Shown: piece by piece, positions 40,136 through 49,395 of the stretch
How positions within the stretch are numbered: position 1 is the stretch's first letter
How the letters are laid out: every line of letters starts with the position of its first letter
DNA from: Clostridiales bacterium
GTDB taxonomy: Bacteria; Bacillota; Clostridia; Saccharofermentanales; Saccharofermentanaceae
Length of the DNA: 64,000 bases
NCBI GenBank assembly: GCA_017513085.1
Contig: JAFWDK010000019.1
Location: 224,146 to 288,145, forward strand
Direction: 5' to 3'
Position numbers and translations under genes: made by a program
The notes under the pieces: model-generated
Told to the model about the DNA's origin: nothing
Seen by the model: only the letters and a program-made list of their open reading frames with translations
Databases searched by the model: none

Positions 40136-42131
40136 ACCATCTGGAGATGCGTTTTTCCGGCGCGATATACATGCCGTCGCCCTCCTTCACGCCGTACACC
40201 TCGTAGTACGGATCCAGCGTGGAAAGGATCGCATTGACGCGGATGACTTCCGGGCTGTGCTCATCGTACGCAAGCTGATCAATGATCGCCGTATCCGTCT
40301 TCATCTCGCACCAGGTCTTCGCATAGTTTTCAAACAAAAGTGTCAGTTCTTCTTTTGTGTCCGCCAGAGACGTGATGCACTCCATCGCGCCCAGGTCAGC
40401 ATAGTTCTCGCCGAGAGTTCGCCTTCCGTTAACATGGTATAAACCGAATACCGTGAAGTTTTTCTCGAAGTATTCCGCGGCTTTCTCATTTCTTTCTTTA
40501 AGCACTTTCATGTCGGCTTGGTCAAGCCAGTCGGGGTCGTATACACCGTCTTGTCGAAAGAGGATGCCGGTGCTGTCAAAGGCATGGCCCATCTCATGGG
40601 CGATGGTCATGCCGAGACCGCCGAGGTTGGTGAAATAGTCGGCCTTTGCGTCGAAGAACGGCGCGTTGGTTATCGCACACGTGATCGTGATCGTATTCGC
40701 GAATGGATTGTAGCAGGCGTTGACGATCTGCATCGGCATGTCGATCGATCGTTCCTGCGTTCCGGAAAGTCCGGCCAGCGACTTCTGACGTAAGATCTTC
40801 CTGTAGTTTTTCAGGAACTCATAATAGTTACTGTCATCGAGCTTTTCGAACCAAGTATTATCGTGGCGCACGATATCTTTTCCCGTGATGTAGACAATGC
40901 TGTCAAGTTTGGAGAGCAGGTCTTTTCGCGTTGCTTCCGTGAGCCAGGCCGCTTGCGAGATCAACTTCCTGTAGCCGTCCTTGATATCATCGCACATGGC
41001 GCGCAGCGCCTGATCCATCTCGTCAGTGTAGTACTGCTCGACATAGATCGGATCCGTCTCGCGGATAAATTCCTGCCCGATCTCCATCACAGCCTGTTCG
41101 TCTTTTTCGGAATAGTCCACACTAACCAATCCTGTTAGTTCCGGATAACTCACTGTCAGGAACCGTGCATACTGATTCATGAGGCGGCCCATTTCCCAGG
41201 TCTTGAGTGCTTCGAGGTTCTCTTCCGCGAAGATCTTCGCAAGGCCCAGAAACTGTTTCTTATCTTTTATGTTGACCGTCTCAAAAATGCTCGTCGGAAA
41301 GCCGAGGTCGCTGAGATATTTTTCCAGGTCAAAGCTTTCGAAGTTCGCGTATGTTTCGTCCGCCGAAAGCATCTCATAGTGGTCATATCCGAACAACTCG
41401 TCCATCTGTTCAAGGTTTGTCGTCTGAAAAAGATTGAGAGCCAAGTAGGCAAGTGCTTTTGCATCGGAATCCGCGCGGGCCGTGTCATAACCCATCGCGC
41501 GCCGGATCAGTTTGCCGTTCTTTCGAAGTGTATCAAGTGCGTCATCATCCTCGCGGATGTCGGCAAATCCGGCGCTGAGCACCGTCGTGATCTGTCCGAA
41601 CGCAATCGTTTTTTTGCTGGAATGGAAAATGTCGTCGTTGATTCCGACGCCCAGCATGGAAGACAGCGAGTAGTCCCGAACCAGCACCGCATCGATGTCC
41701 ATCAGTTCCTGCACATCCGCTGCCTGATCGATTTTGTTGAGAAGATCGACCAGATCCTGCGGCGCTTTTCCATTCTCGAAATCGTAGTGCCTGAATGCCT
41801 GATAAGCCTTACGGATCACGTCCTCCTCGGAGCCGTTTTTGTAGCCGGAACCATTTGCCACTTTTCGGATGATCGCTTTGACTTTTTCTTGCGTGTCTGC
41901 TTCGTCAAAACTACTTGCCGCGGTGTTTTCGCCGTATTCAAATGTGGCGTTGTCCACGCGTTCTTTGTTGATGAAATAATAGTAGTCGTCCTGCGGACGG
42001 ATCTCTTTTTCTTCCACCGTTGTCACCGCTGCCGTCGGCACGTGCACCGGTTTTTCCACCTTCGCACAGCCGCTTCCGGCAATCGTCATCGTCCCCGCCA
42101 GGATCAAACTGAGCCATTCACTTTTACGCAT
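40128..42131 (-). CDS. M13 (neprilysin/PepO) metallopeptidase lipoprotein
   Basis: Lipobox-like GSGC; RPQDDYY, VNACY, HEMGH, GENYAD, HSP..RVN. Confidence 0.92.
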   Translation of the reverse strand: MRKSEWLSLILAGTMTIAGSGCAKVEKPVHVPTAAVTTVEEKEIRPQDDYYYFINKERVDNATFEYGENTAASSFDEADTQEKVKAIIRKVANGSGYKNGSEEDVIRKAYQAFRHYDFENGKAPQDLVDLLNKIDQAADVQELMDIDAVLVRDYSLSSMLGVGINDDIFHSSKKTIAFGQITTVLSAGFADIREDDDALDTLRKNGKLIRRAMGYDTARADSDAKALAYLALNLFQTTNLEQMDELFGYDHYEMLSADETYANFESFDLEKYLSDLGFPTSIFETVNIKDKKQFLGLAKIFAEENLEALKTWEMGRLMNQYARFLTVSYPELTGLVSVDYSEKDEQAVMEIGQEFIRETDPIYVEQYYTDEMDQALRAMCDDIKDGYRKLISQAAWLTEATRKDLLSKLDSIVYITGKDIVRHDNTWFEKLDDSNYYEFLKNYRKILRQKSLAGLSGTQERSIDMPMQIVNACYNPFANTITITCAITNAPFFDAKADYFTNLGGLGMTIAHEMGHAFDSTGILFRQDGVYDPDWLDQADMKVLKERNEKAAEYFEKNFTVFGLYHVNGRRTLGENYADLGAMECITSLADTKEELTLLFENYAKTWCEMKTDTAIIDQLAYDEHSPEVIRVNAILSTLDPYYEVYGVKEGDGMYIAPEKRISRWYE

Positions 42132-42164
42132 TGTGTTTTTCTCCTCATCTTGTGTCTTGATGGG

Positions 42165-42234
42165 AGAATACCACCGCTTATCCGCTCGTGCGCGCCAGCC
42201 GTGGTGGAATGCATCTCACACGTGGTGAATTGCA
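42165..42234 (-). promoter_or_regulatory. LytTR-type direct repeats and extended -10 for the peptidase-ABC-TCS operon
   Basis: TGCAATTCACCACG (42234-42221) and TGCATTCCACCACG (42213-42200), 21-bp period; TGG-TATTCT at 42173-42165. Confidence 0.7.
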
Positions 42235-42379
42235 GAAAGGGGGGACAAGTGCTTTTGGAGAAGTCTTTTTTATCTCAGGCCCGATCGTCTTTCTATGTGT
42301 GACTTCTTTCAAACAGAATCCAAGCCAGTTTTTCCTTGCGCAATCCTAACTACGACCGGATCGAAGATGCACTTGAAAG

Positions 42380-42904
42380 TTAGGAGCAGCTACGGGTCCC
42401 AGCTGAACACTCTGCCAGTTCTATCGCAATGACCGCCGCGAGTGTCAGTGGCGTATCGTATTCATCACTACACTCGATCTTTAGATCCCGGTGAATATTG
42501 TTCAGTGCTTTTGTGAATGCATTCGCATCCACATCCTGAGTGCCGGTCAGTCCTACCCGCGCAACTACATTGCTTCCATCGTGCACACAATACTCGTGAT
42601 GATGAATATTTCCCTCCGTGATCCAGTTTAGGCCCTTAAACTTGCAGTACGGATCAGGATTGATCTTAAACGGATACTTGAAAGACATTTCAATCTCTTT
42701 TGTGTCTGTTTGTATACGGAATTTATTCCTGAAAGAAATCACTTGTTTGATATCCGCATACTTCTTTCCGGAAGTATCGCAAAGCGCATAGTTGTAGCCC
42801 ACTTTTCCCTGGTTCGAAAAAACATAGCGGTCGTTTCCTTCTTCATCCTTGATCTTGATATCAAACGTGCCCATTACGTATGATCGATCAGCATAATATC
42901 TCAT
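42380..42904 (-). CDS. LURP-one/Tubby-like (scramblase-like) protein
   Basis: FDIKIKDEEGNDRY, IKQVISF, LNWITEGNIHHHEY, LAAVIAIE. Confidence 0.6.
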   Translation of the reverse strand: MRYYADRSYVMGTFDIKIKDEEGNDRYVFSNQGKVGYNYALCDTSGKKYADIKQVISFRNKFRIQTDTKEIEMSFKYPFKINPDPYCKFKGLNWITEGNIHHHEYCVHDGSNVVARVGLTGTQDVDANAFTKALNNIHRDLKIECSDEYDTPLTLAAVIAIELAECSAGTRSCS

Positions 42905-42952
42905 GTTCTTTTCCCTCCGAAAGCTCTCCGTTTTCACCGACAAGCAGCCTTT

Positions 42953-44125
42953 TTATTTCACTTTCCCGTCAAAAAGGCCCGACCGTCTTTCAAGGACGAT
43001 ATTCTTTATAACGTACACCACCGAAGCCGCAACTACAGTTCCGGCAAGGACCGCCGGCAAGTATGCGTAGATACCAAACCGCGTATAGATGAAGTAGAGT
43101 TTATTGCATATGAGGTAATTGAGCATGATCGTCTCCAGAGAGATCTTGCCCAGGAACTTCATGACCGGATTTCCGAATTTGAAACGGGAGAGCAAAGCAA
43201 CAACAAGGATGAGGAATACTATCTCATAGACGATTTCCGAGCCGAGGCCGGTAAGCTTATCCAGCATCGGATACTTCGAGCCCGAAAATTCCGTCCAGTA
43301 GATCGATTCCTGAATGAGACCTCTGTGGACAAAGTCCATGATCACGAAAAGGATAGCAGATGCGATCAGTACCGAGACAAAAGCACTGTGGATGATCCGA
43401 TTCACGCGCTCTTCTTTATACGCGTAAAGCATACCCAAAGGGAACATCAGGATCGTGTTATACCACCATTCGCCTTTGAACCAGTAGGACATGATGGTCG
43501 ACTCAGAGTGGCCGGCCAAAAGTCCGATCACCATCAGAAGAAGGACAAAACCGCTCATGATGCAAATGCCTGTCAACGGCTTTTTCACTCGTGCAAACAC
43601 GATGCGGAAAACCACATAGAGGAGCATGATCTCAACAGCAAACCACATCTGGTTATTGATGAGGAACAAGCCGAAGAAACTGCAGATGACCTCGACGAAG
43701 TCAAAGCTTTGGCCTTTCATAATATTCATTATTATCGCATCGGTCAGATAGATATAGTTACAGATAAAGAAAGGAACGAGTACGGTAAAGATCCTTCTTT
43801 TCATAAAGCCCTTAAGGTAAGAAGGATCCGTCATCCATCTCTTGATAAGACCAAATCCGGAACAGAAGAAGAAGAATGCCACCGGCAGAATTCCGTAGAA
43901 ATAATAGTTAAAAAACGGCTGCATAGTCTCGCTAGCGACACCGAAATGATCAAGAGTGATGGCAGTCTGATGCAAGATGATAAAGACAGCAAGAAATCCC
44001 TGCAGTTCTTTGCTAACCACTCTGTCAAAAAACGGTTTGCCAACTGAGTCCCGCGAAGAAGCACCCGGTAGCAGGATCAGCCCCAGAAAAGCTATACTGA
44101 TATAGAATATGATCGTAAACTCCAC
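42953..44125 (-). CDS. Acyltransferase-3 family membrane protein
   Basis: LQGFLAVFIILH, FFFCSGFGL, MWF, LGKISLE. Confidence 0.85.
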   Translation of the reverse strand: MEFTIIFYISIAFLGLILLPGASSRDSVGKPFFDRVVSKELQGFLAVFIILHQTAITLDHFGVASETMQPFFNYYFYGILPVAFFFFCSGFGLIKRWMTDPSYLKGFMKRRIFTVLVPFFICNYIYLTDAIIMNIMKGQSFDFVEVICSFFGLFLINNQMWFAVEIMLLYVVFRIVFARVKKPLTGICIMSGFVLLLMVIGLLAGHSESTIMSYWFKGEWWYNTILMFPLGMLYAYKEERVNRIIHSAFVSVLIASAILFVIMDFVHRGLIQESIYWTEFSGSKYPMLDKLTGLGSEIVYEIVFLILVVALLSRFKFGNPVMKFLGKISLETIMLNYLICNKLYFIYTRFGIYAYLPAVLAGTVVAASVVYVIKNIVLERRSGLFDGKVK

Positions 44126-44137
44126 CTTCTGTACTCC

Positions 44138-44530
44138 TTATGACCTTGTTAGACTTATGACATTCAGCGTCAGCGAAATAAGGAGCAGCAAGAACACGAT
44201 CAGAATGATGATGATCAGCCTGCTCCTCTCCTTCTTATGCCTGATTTCTTCATCACTTAACTCGACGGAAGCATCGACGAGTTTCTGCGCCTCCTCGCGC
44301 GAGATCGTCTCACTTTCGTCCTTCCGCTCACCGGCCAGGATCTCCATAATGGAGATGCCGAGAACTTCCGAAATAGGTTCAAGCATTGAAATATCCGGGA
44401 AACTAAGTCCCCGTTCCCATTTTGATACGGCTTTATCCGTGACATTCAAAGCATCCGCAAGTTGTTTCTGGGTCATCCCCTTCTCCTTGCGGATCTCTGT
44501 GATCAATTGTCCTGTCCGTTCTTTGTCCAT
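44138..44530 (-). CDS. XRE HTH regulator with C-terminal TM helix
   Basis: IRKEKGMTQKQLADALNVTDKAVSKWERGLSFPD. Confidence 0.9.
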   Translation of the reverse strand: MDKERTGQLITEIRKEKGMTQKQLADALNVTDKAVSKWERGLSFPDISMLEPISEVLGISIMEILAGERKDESETISREEAQKLVDASVELSDEEIRHKKERSRLIIIILIVFLLLLISLTLNVISLTRS

Positions 44531-44753
44531 ATCCTAAAAACTGTATCCTTGAGAAAAGTATAGGCGATGCCTTGCTATATACACGTTACAAAAGTGCTTT
44601 TACACAAGCCTCGACTTCAGCCATATCTTATAATCGTAGATCAAGTGAACCTCCTGTCTGATCCTTTTTGCCTAGCGCTTCCTTAAGTCATATCATGAAT
44701 ATTATACAAAAAATCAGTTGCATGTTGTTGTCTTAAATTGAGCAAATTTTCGG

Positions 44754-44830
44754 AAAAGTGCAGAGTATACTTCCAGAAAAGTGCATAGCGAATTTCCGAA
44801 AAAGTGCGTAACAAAACTCTTGAAAAGTGC
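44754..44830 (+). repeat. Four AAAAGTGC boxes at exact 23-bp period upstream of the AAA/DUF4143 gene
   Basis: Box ends at 44761, 44784, 44807 and 44830. Confidence 0.85.
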
Positions 44831-44869
44831 AGAGCGAGGTGGCACAATATAGGAAACGGAGGTGTTTCT

Positions 44870-46153
44870 ATGGCGCTGACTAGAGACGGCTATTTGCCGA
44901 GACTGATAGATGAAAAGATAGCTCGCTATCTCAAGATATTCGGGGCGGTCTCGATAGAGGGACCCAAGTGGTGTGGAAAAACATGGACCAGCCTGAACCA
45001 TGCCAATAGTGTTTCCTATCTGACGGAAAAGAGACTGAGAGATCTGGCGAGCATCGACCCGAAATATGTCTTCACAAAAGAACGGCCACAATTGATAGAT
45101 GAGTGGCAGATCGTTCCGGAGATATGGGATGCCGTTCGACATGAGTGCGATAGTGATAAGAAACGTGGGAAGTTTATCCTGACCGGGTCGACTTCGTTAA
45201 AGAAAGAGAAAAAGGAAAAGGCAATCTTTCACTCGGGAACCGGAAGGATCGCTCCTCTTCGTATGCATCCGATGAGCCTCTATGAATCAGGAGACTCATC
45301 TGGAGAAGCTTCTCTTACTGATATGCTGAACGGTCAGATTAAGGATGGTTTTGTTAGAAAGGTTGAGCTAGAGCAGCTTTCCGGACTGATTATCCGAGGT
45401 GGTTGGCCGGAGAATCTAGATGTGCCACCAGAAGACTTTGGAGTGATTCCTAAGAGTTATATCGAATCAATCGTGACCAAAGATATGCACGAAGAAGAGG
45501 ACAAAAAACGAAGTCCGAATAAGATGAGGATGCTCATTCGTTCACTATCGAGGAATGAATCATCTTTGGCGGGAGATAAAACTCTGGTCAAGGATATCGA
45601 GGAATACGAGGGTGGCGAAGAACTGATCAAGAGCAGAGATACTGTAGCGGATTATACGAGTGTTCTTGACCGACTGTTTTTAACGGCAGATCAGGAAGCC
45701 TTCAACGTTAACTATCGATCCTCTTCCCGAGTCGGGAAATCATCGAAAAGACATCTGGTTGATCCGTCATTATGCTGTGCAAGTTTAAATCTTACAACTG
45801 AGAAACTCTTGAATGATCACGAGACTTTTGGGCTTTTGTTTGAAGCACTTGTCGAGAGAGATCTGCGGATCTACGCAGATTATCTAAATGGGCACTTGTT
45901 TCATTTCCGCGATAACAGTTCAGGTGATGAAGTGGATGCCATCGTTGAGTTCGAGGATGGCCGCTATGCGGCATTTGAGATCAAGCTAAGCAACAGGAGC
46001 ATCAACGACGCAATCGAGAGCCTCAATAGATTCTACGAGAATGTTGAGAAAAAGCCGACGTATATGTGTGTTATTGTCGGGTATTGTGATGCTGTAATGC
46101 GAGATCCGAAGACAGGGGTATTCATCGTCCCAATTACATCCCTTAAACCGTAG
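44870..46153 (+). CDS. AAA_14 ATPase with C-terminal DUF4143 (PD-(D/E)xK-like) domain
   Basis: YLPR, GPKWCGKT, LIDEWQ, FILTGS, GGWP, KRHLVDPSL, GLLFE, EVDAIVE, FEIKL; RBS GGAGGT. Confidence 0.9.
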   Translation: MALTRDGYLPRLIDEKIARYLKIFGAVSIEGPKWCGKTWTSLNHANSVSYLTEKRLRDLASIDPKYVFTKERPQLIDEWQIVPEIWDAVRHECDSDKKRGKFILTGSTSLKKEKKEKAIFHSGTGRIAPLRMHPMSLYESGDSSGEASLTDMLNGQIKDGFVRKVELEQLSGLIIRGGWPENLDVPPEDFGVIPKSYIESIVTKDMHEEEDKKRSPNKMRMLIRSLSRNESSLAGDKTLVKDIEEYEGGEELIKSRDTVADYTSVLDRLFLTADQEAFNVNYRSSSRVGKSSKRHLVDPSLCCASLNLTTEKLLNDHETFGLLFEALVERDLRIYADYLNGHLFHFRDNSSGDEVDAIVEFEDGRYAAFEIKLSNRSINDAIESLNRFYENVEKKPTYMCVIVGYCDAVMRDPKTGVFIVPITSLKP

Positions 46154-46203
46154 TATTTCTATAACGTACAAAGCGCTTATTGCTAAGGGGCCATGCTCTC
46201 TCT

Positions 46204-46923
46204 TTAGTTCTTTTCCCTCTGCCGCATGATGAAGCACGCTTTGACGGCGTCGGCGAAATCTTCCTCCGTGACTCCCTGGGTCCACATCTGCGGGAGCACC
46301 TGATCCTTATAGACAGCAAGCGCCTCCTTCGAAAACTCTTCGAAGATCACGTACGTTCTGGCGTAATCGAAAACCGCCGGAGCAAGCCTGGCATTTATCC
46401 AGTCGATGATCGTGAATTCCGTGTCTTCACTGAGGTGCGACAATCCACGCGGCACCATGACATTCAGGAAATGCATGTCGAGGTGGCATATGCGGCTCGG
46501 CATTTTCGCGCAGAGACGTTCAATGATCGGAAGTACGATCCCCTGATTCTCTTCAGTCAATCCCATCCCGGCAGTTACTGCCAGTGGCGGTATATCAACA
46601 CCCGTAGGATCCACTTCATGTATCTTGGCAAAAGCACCCGCCAGCATCTTAAAGCTCAGCGGGTCCTGGGCGAGCGCGTACGGCTCCAGGGTCGTGCCGT
46701 CGATCAAGTCCATCTTGAGAATGTGATCGTCATCCGTCCCATAGTATCGGACCGGAGTTAAGCCCGCTTCATTCAGTGCTTTTTGCTGACGCATCTCAAA
46801 GCCGATCCACTCAGAAGGATAAGAAGACCGATAGATCTTGTACGCATATCCCTGATAACTGACTACCTCAGCCTGCGCGCCTTTACCGATCAGAATTTGT
46901 GTACCATCGAAATTCATCTTCAC
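46204..46923 (-). CDS. Aminoglycoside phosphotransferase/kinase-like protein
   Basis: IGKGAQAEV, AYKIY, CHLDMHFLN, IIDW, DYART. Confidence 0.8.
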   Translation of the reverse strand: MKMNFDGTQILIGKGAQAEVVSYQGYAYKIYRSSYPSEWIGFEMRQQKALNEAGLTPVRYYGTDDDHILKMDLIDGTTLEPYALAQDPLSFKMLAGAFAKIHEVDPTGVDIPPLAVTAGMGLTEENQGIVLPIIERLCAKMPSRICHLDMHFLNVMVPRGLSHLSEDTEFTIIDWINARLAPAVFDYARTYVIFEEFSKEALAVYKDQVLPQMWTQGVTEEDFADAVKACFIMRQREKN

Positions 46924-46946
46924 CTCTCACTGATACTGCACTGCTC

Positions 46947-47306
46947 CTACTTTGCACCAAGTGCTTTTCTCCACTCTTCTTCCTTAAAACCGGTAAGCAC
47001 GAAGTCTTTTCCGACAAGCAAGGGGCGCTTGACCAGCATCCCGTCAGACGATAAAAGCTTGAATTGCTCGTCCTCGCTCATGTCCGGAAGTTTTCTGGAC
47101 AGGTCGAGTTCCCGGTACTGGATCCCGCTTGTATTGAAAAATCTCTTAAGCGGAAGGCCACTGATCTTCTGGTACTTCCGAAGTGCCTTCTCATCCGGAT
47201 TCTTCTCCTTGATGTCGATCACCTCATGCTCAACATTATTCTCCTCCAGCCACTTAAGCGCTTTCTTACATGTTGTACACCGGCTATAGCAGTAAACCTT
47301 TACCAT
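46947..47306 (-). CDS. ArsC/Spx family protein
   Basis: CTTCKKA, FFNTSG, DGMLVKRP. Confidence 0.9.
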   Translation of the reverse strand: MVKVYCYSRCTTCKKALKWLEENNVEHEVIDIKEKNPDEKALRKYQKISGLPLKRFFNTSGIQYRELDLSRKLPDMSEDEQFKLLSSDGMLVKRPLLVGKDFVLTGFKEEEWRKALGAK

Positions 47307-47525
47307 AATGAATCCTCCGCCTCATCATTCTCGTGTTTTCTGGCTTCTATTATCATTACATAAAAAACATCATAGATGTATTATACCATCCAGGATGTCA
47401 TTCATTTTAGTTAATAATATACGCAAATCTGTTAAAATGAACGTAACGGCGCTGCGTGATAAGTGAGTATGTGACCGAACTGAGCAAATATACGAACAAC
47501 GTACTGAATAATACCGAGGTGCGAT

Positions 47526-48659
47526 ATGACAGAGAAAGCTTGTGATCTTTGTGGATCTGAAATGCAGTATGATGATTTTACCCGCGCATGGGTCTGTACG
47601 GTTTGCGGAAACAGTATAGCGGATAAAAGAGAAAGTGAACCAGCTGCAGGTAAATTGAATGTTGAAATGCCAGCCGTACCCCAGACTGAAGTTCCATCCG
47701 AAAAACCGGACGTAGACCAGGCTGAAGTCCCCGTCGAGGAACCTGCCGTAACTCAGATTGAAGCTCCGACCGAAAGAACGGAAGCAACGGAGTTTTCTTC
47801 GCTTGAAGAAGCCCATAATGCTATTTTGAATAAGCAGTTTGAAAAAGCGGGAGAGCTTTTGTCTGATTATCGCAAGAATCATATATATGATGCAAAAATG
47901 AATCTTCTGCTCCTGCTTTGCGGCTATAAAGCCAGCTCGACCGAAGAACTTTTACGCTCCATCTCCAACAGTTCTATTAAACTGGAAAAGCTTGCTGAAC
48001 GGGCGGACTGGGAAGAAATGGTATTGGCGCTTCCTTCGGACCAGCAGAAGTTTGTAAAAGATGTGATCGAGTATTGTGCAATCTCTGTCGTTCTGTTGGG
48101 CGATGCAAAAAAACTCCAGGCAAGAAACAAGCGGCAACAGAAAACGGTTGTGTCGTCGTCTTTTGCAAAGATGGACAAGGAAGAAATGGATACCATGAAA
48201 AGAATGGAACAGCTTAAAAGAGCCCAGGAGATGGAATTCGCACTTGAATCCGAGAAACGGCAATACCAGTATGAAGCGCAATTATCACGCGATCCTGTTA
48301 TAAGTAGCGGAGCGCATATGGCTTCGGTGGATACCGGATCTACAGGACTGAATGTAGTGCTCGATGTCCTCGACTTTTTATTTGTTGATAACGATTTCAC
48401 TTATGATAATAGACCGTTATTTTACAGAACAAGAGCCGCGGCGGCGAAGCATGCGCGCGAACAGCGTATGATGGCAGAAGAAGCCGTGAAGAAGAATTAC
48501 ATGCAGGCAAAAGAACCGAAAAAGAATACGGCAAGTGCTTTTTTAACCGCCGTCGACCGCCTGGACAAAGCAAATATATCCCAAGAAGATTTAAAGTCGG
48601 CAAGTGAGACCCTGCTTGAGGAAATACGTATTCTGGAAAAGCAACTCCTCTCGATATAG
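47526..48659 (+). CDS. Hypothetical protein: N-terminal zinc ribbon, P/E-rich repeats, helical body
   Basis: CDLCG...CTVCG; about 12-aa repeats P.V.Q.E.P.E; RBS GAGGTG. Confidence 0.7.
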   Translation: MTEKACDLCGSEMQYDDFTRAWVCTVCGNSIADKRESEPAAGKLNVEMPAVPQTEVPSEKPDVDQAEVPVEEPAVTQIEAPTERTEATEFSSLEEAHNAILNKQFEKAGELLSDYRKNHIYDAKMNLLLLLCGYKASSTEELLRSISNSSIKLEKLAERADWEEMVLALPSDQQKFVKDVIEYCAISVVLLGDAKKLQARNKRQQKTVVSSSFAKMDKEEMDTMKRMEQLKRAQEMEFALESEKRQYQYEAQLSRDPVISSGAHMASVDTGSTGLNVVLDVLDFLFVDNDFTYDNRPLFYRTRAAAAKHAREQRMMAEEAVKKNYMQAKEPKKNTASAFLTAVDRLDKANISQEDLKSASETLLEEIRILEKQLLSI

Positions 48660-48689
48660 GTTTTTCATGCTGCACCGCCTCTCTTTTTT

Positions 48690-49385
48690 TCAATCCCGTG
48701 GCGTGGCCTTCAGCAGATCGATCGTGTCTTGATATTCATCGATCGCCTGATAGCCTGCATCCGTGATCGAATACACTCCGGCCCTGACATGGGAAAACCA
48801 CCCGTAATGGTTATCACGCAGGATATTAGCAGTCTTATCCACAAAAGAAAGCTTCTTCACATCTTTCGGAGAAGCTTCTCCGCCAAGCACAAACAGAGCA
48901 TTCAAAACCAGAAGTGCATCCTCCCGGTACCGGGTCAGAAGTTTTACTCCGGTCACTCCGCCGGTATTGGATTTGATACGTCTCTTCTGGAACTCCTTCT
49001 CCAGTGCTTTCTTCTTCCCCTTGTTCCGCGCCTGAAAAACCGATAGTTCACTCACGACCGGCTCGGAAAGGATCGTCACCGTGCCGGACCTCTTGCCGAC
49101 TGCGATCAGCCCGATACCCAGTCGTTTCAGAAGATAAAGTTTATCCCGAAAAGAACTGGAATTTCGATCCTTTGGCATAAATGTACCGATGTACACCGTT
49201 TCCACGATCTTCTGCCGGAGCGCCGCCTGCTGGATCGCCCGGAAATCAAGCGTCTGCTTCAGTTCAACGGCAACAGAGTCCTCCTCTTTTTGCATGAAAA
49301 TATCAATGTCGTTGACCTCACCGTCACAAACATATCCCTGTTCTTCGAAGAAAGATTTAATAGGCTTAAACAAATCGCGTTCCAT
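48690..49385 (-). CDS. DUF2161 family putative PD-(D/E)xK protein
   Basis: ERDLFKPIK, GEV..ID, AVELK, QAALRQ, LTRYREDAL, ILRDNHYGWF. Confidence 0.8.
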   Translation of the reverse strand: MERDLFKPIKSFFEEQGYVCDGEVNDIDIFMQKEEDSVAVELKQTLDFRAIQQAALRQKIVETVYIGTFMPKDRNSSSFRDKLYLLKRLGIGLIAVGKRSGTVTILSEPVVSELSVFQARNKGKKKALEKEFQKRRIKSNTGGVTGVKLLTRYREDALLVLNALFVLGGEASPKDVKKLSFVDKTANILRDNHYGWFSHVRAGVYSITDAGYQAIDEYQDTIDLLKATPRD

Positions 49386-49395
49386 ACGTTTCTCA

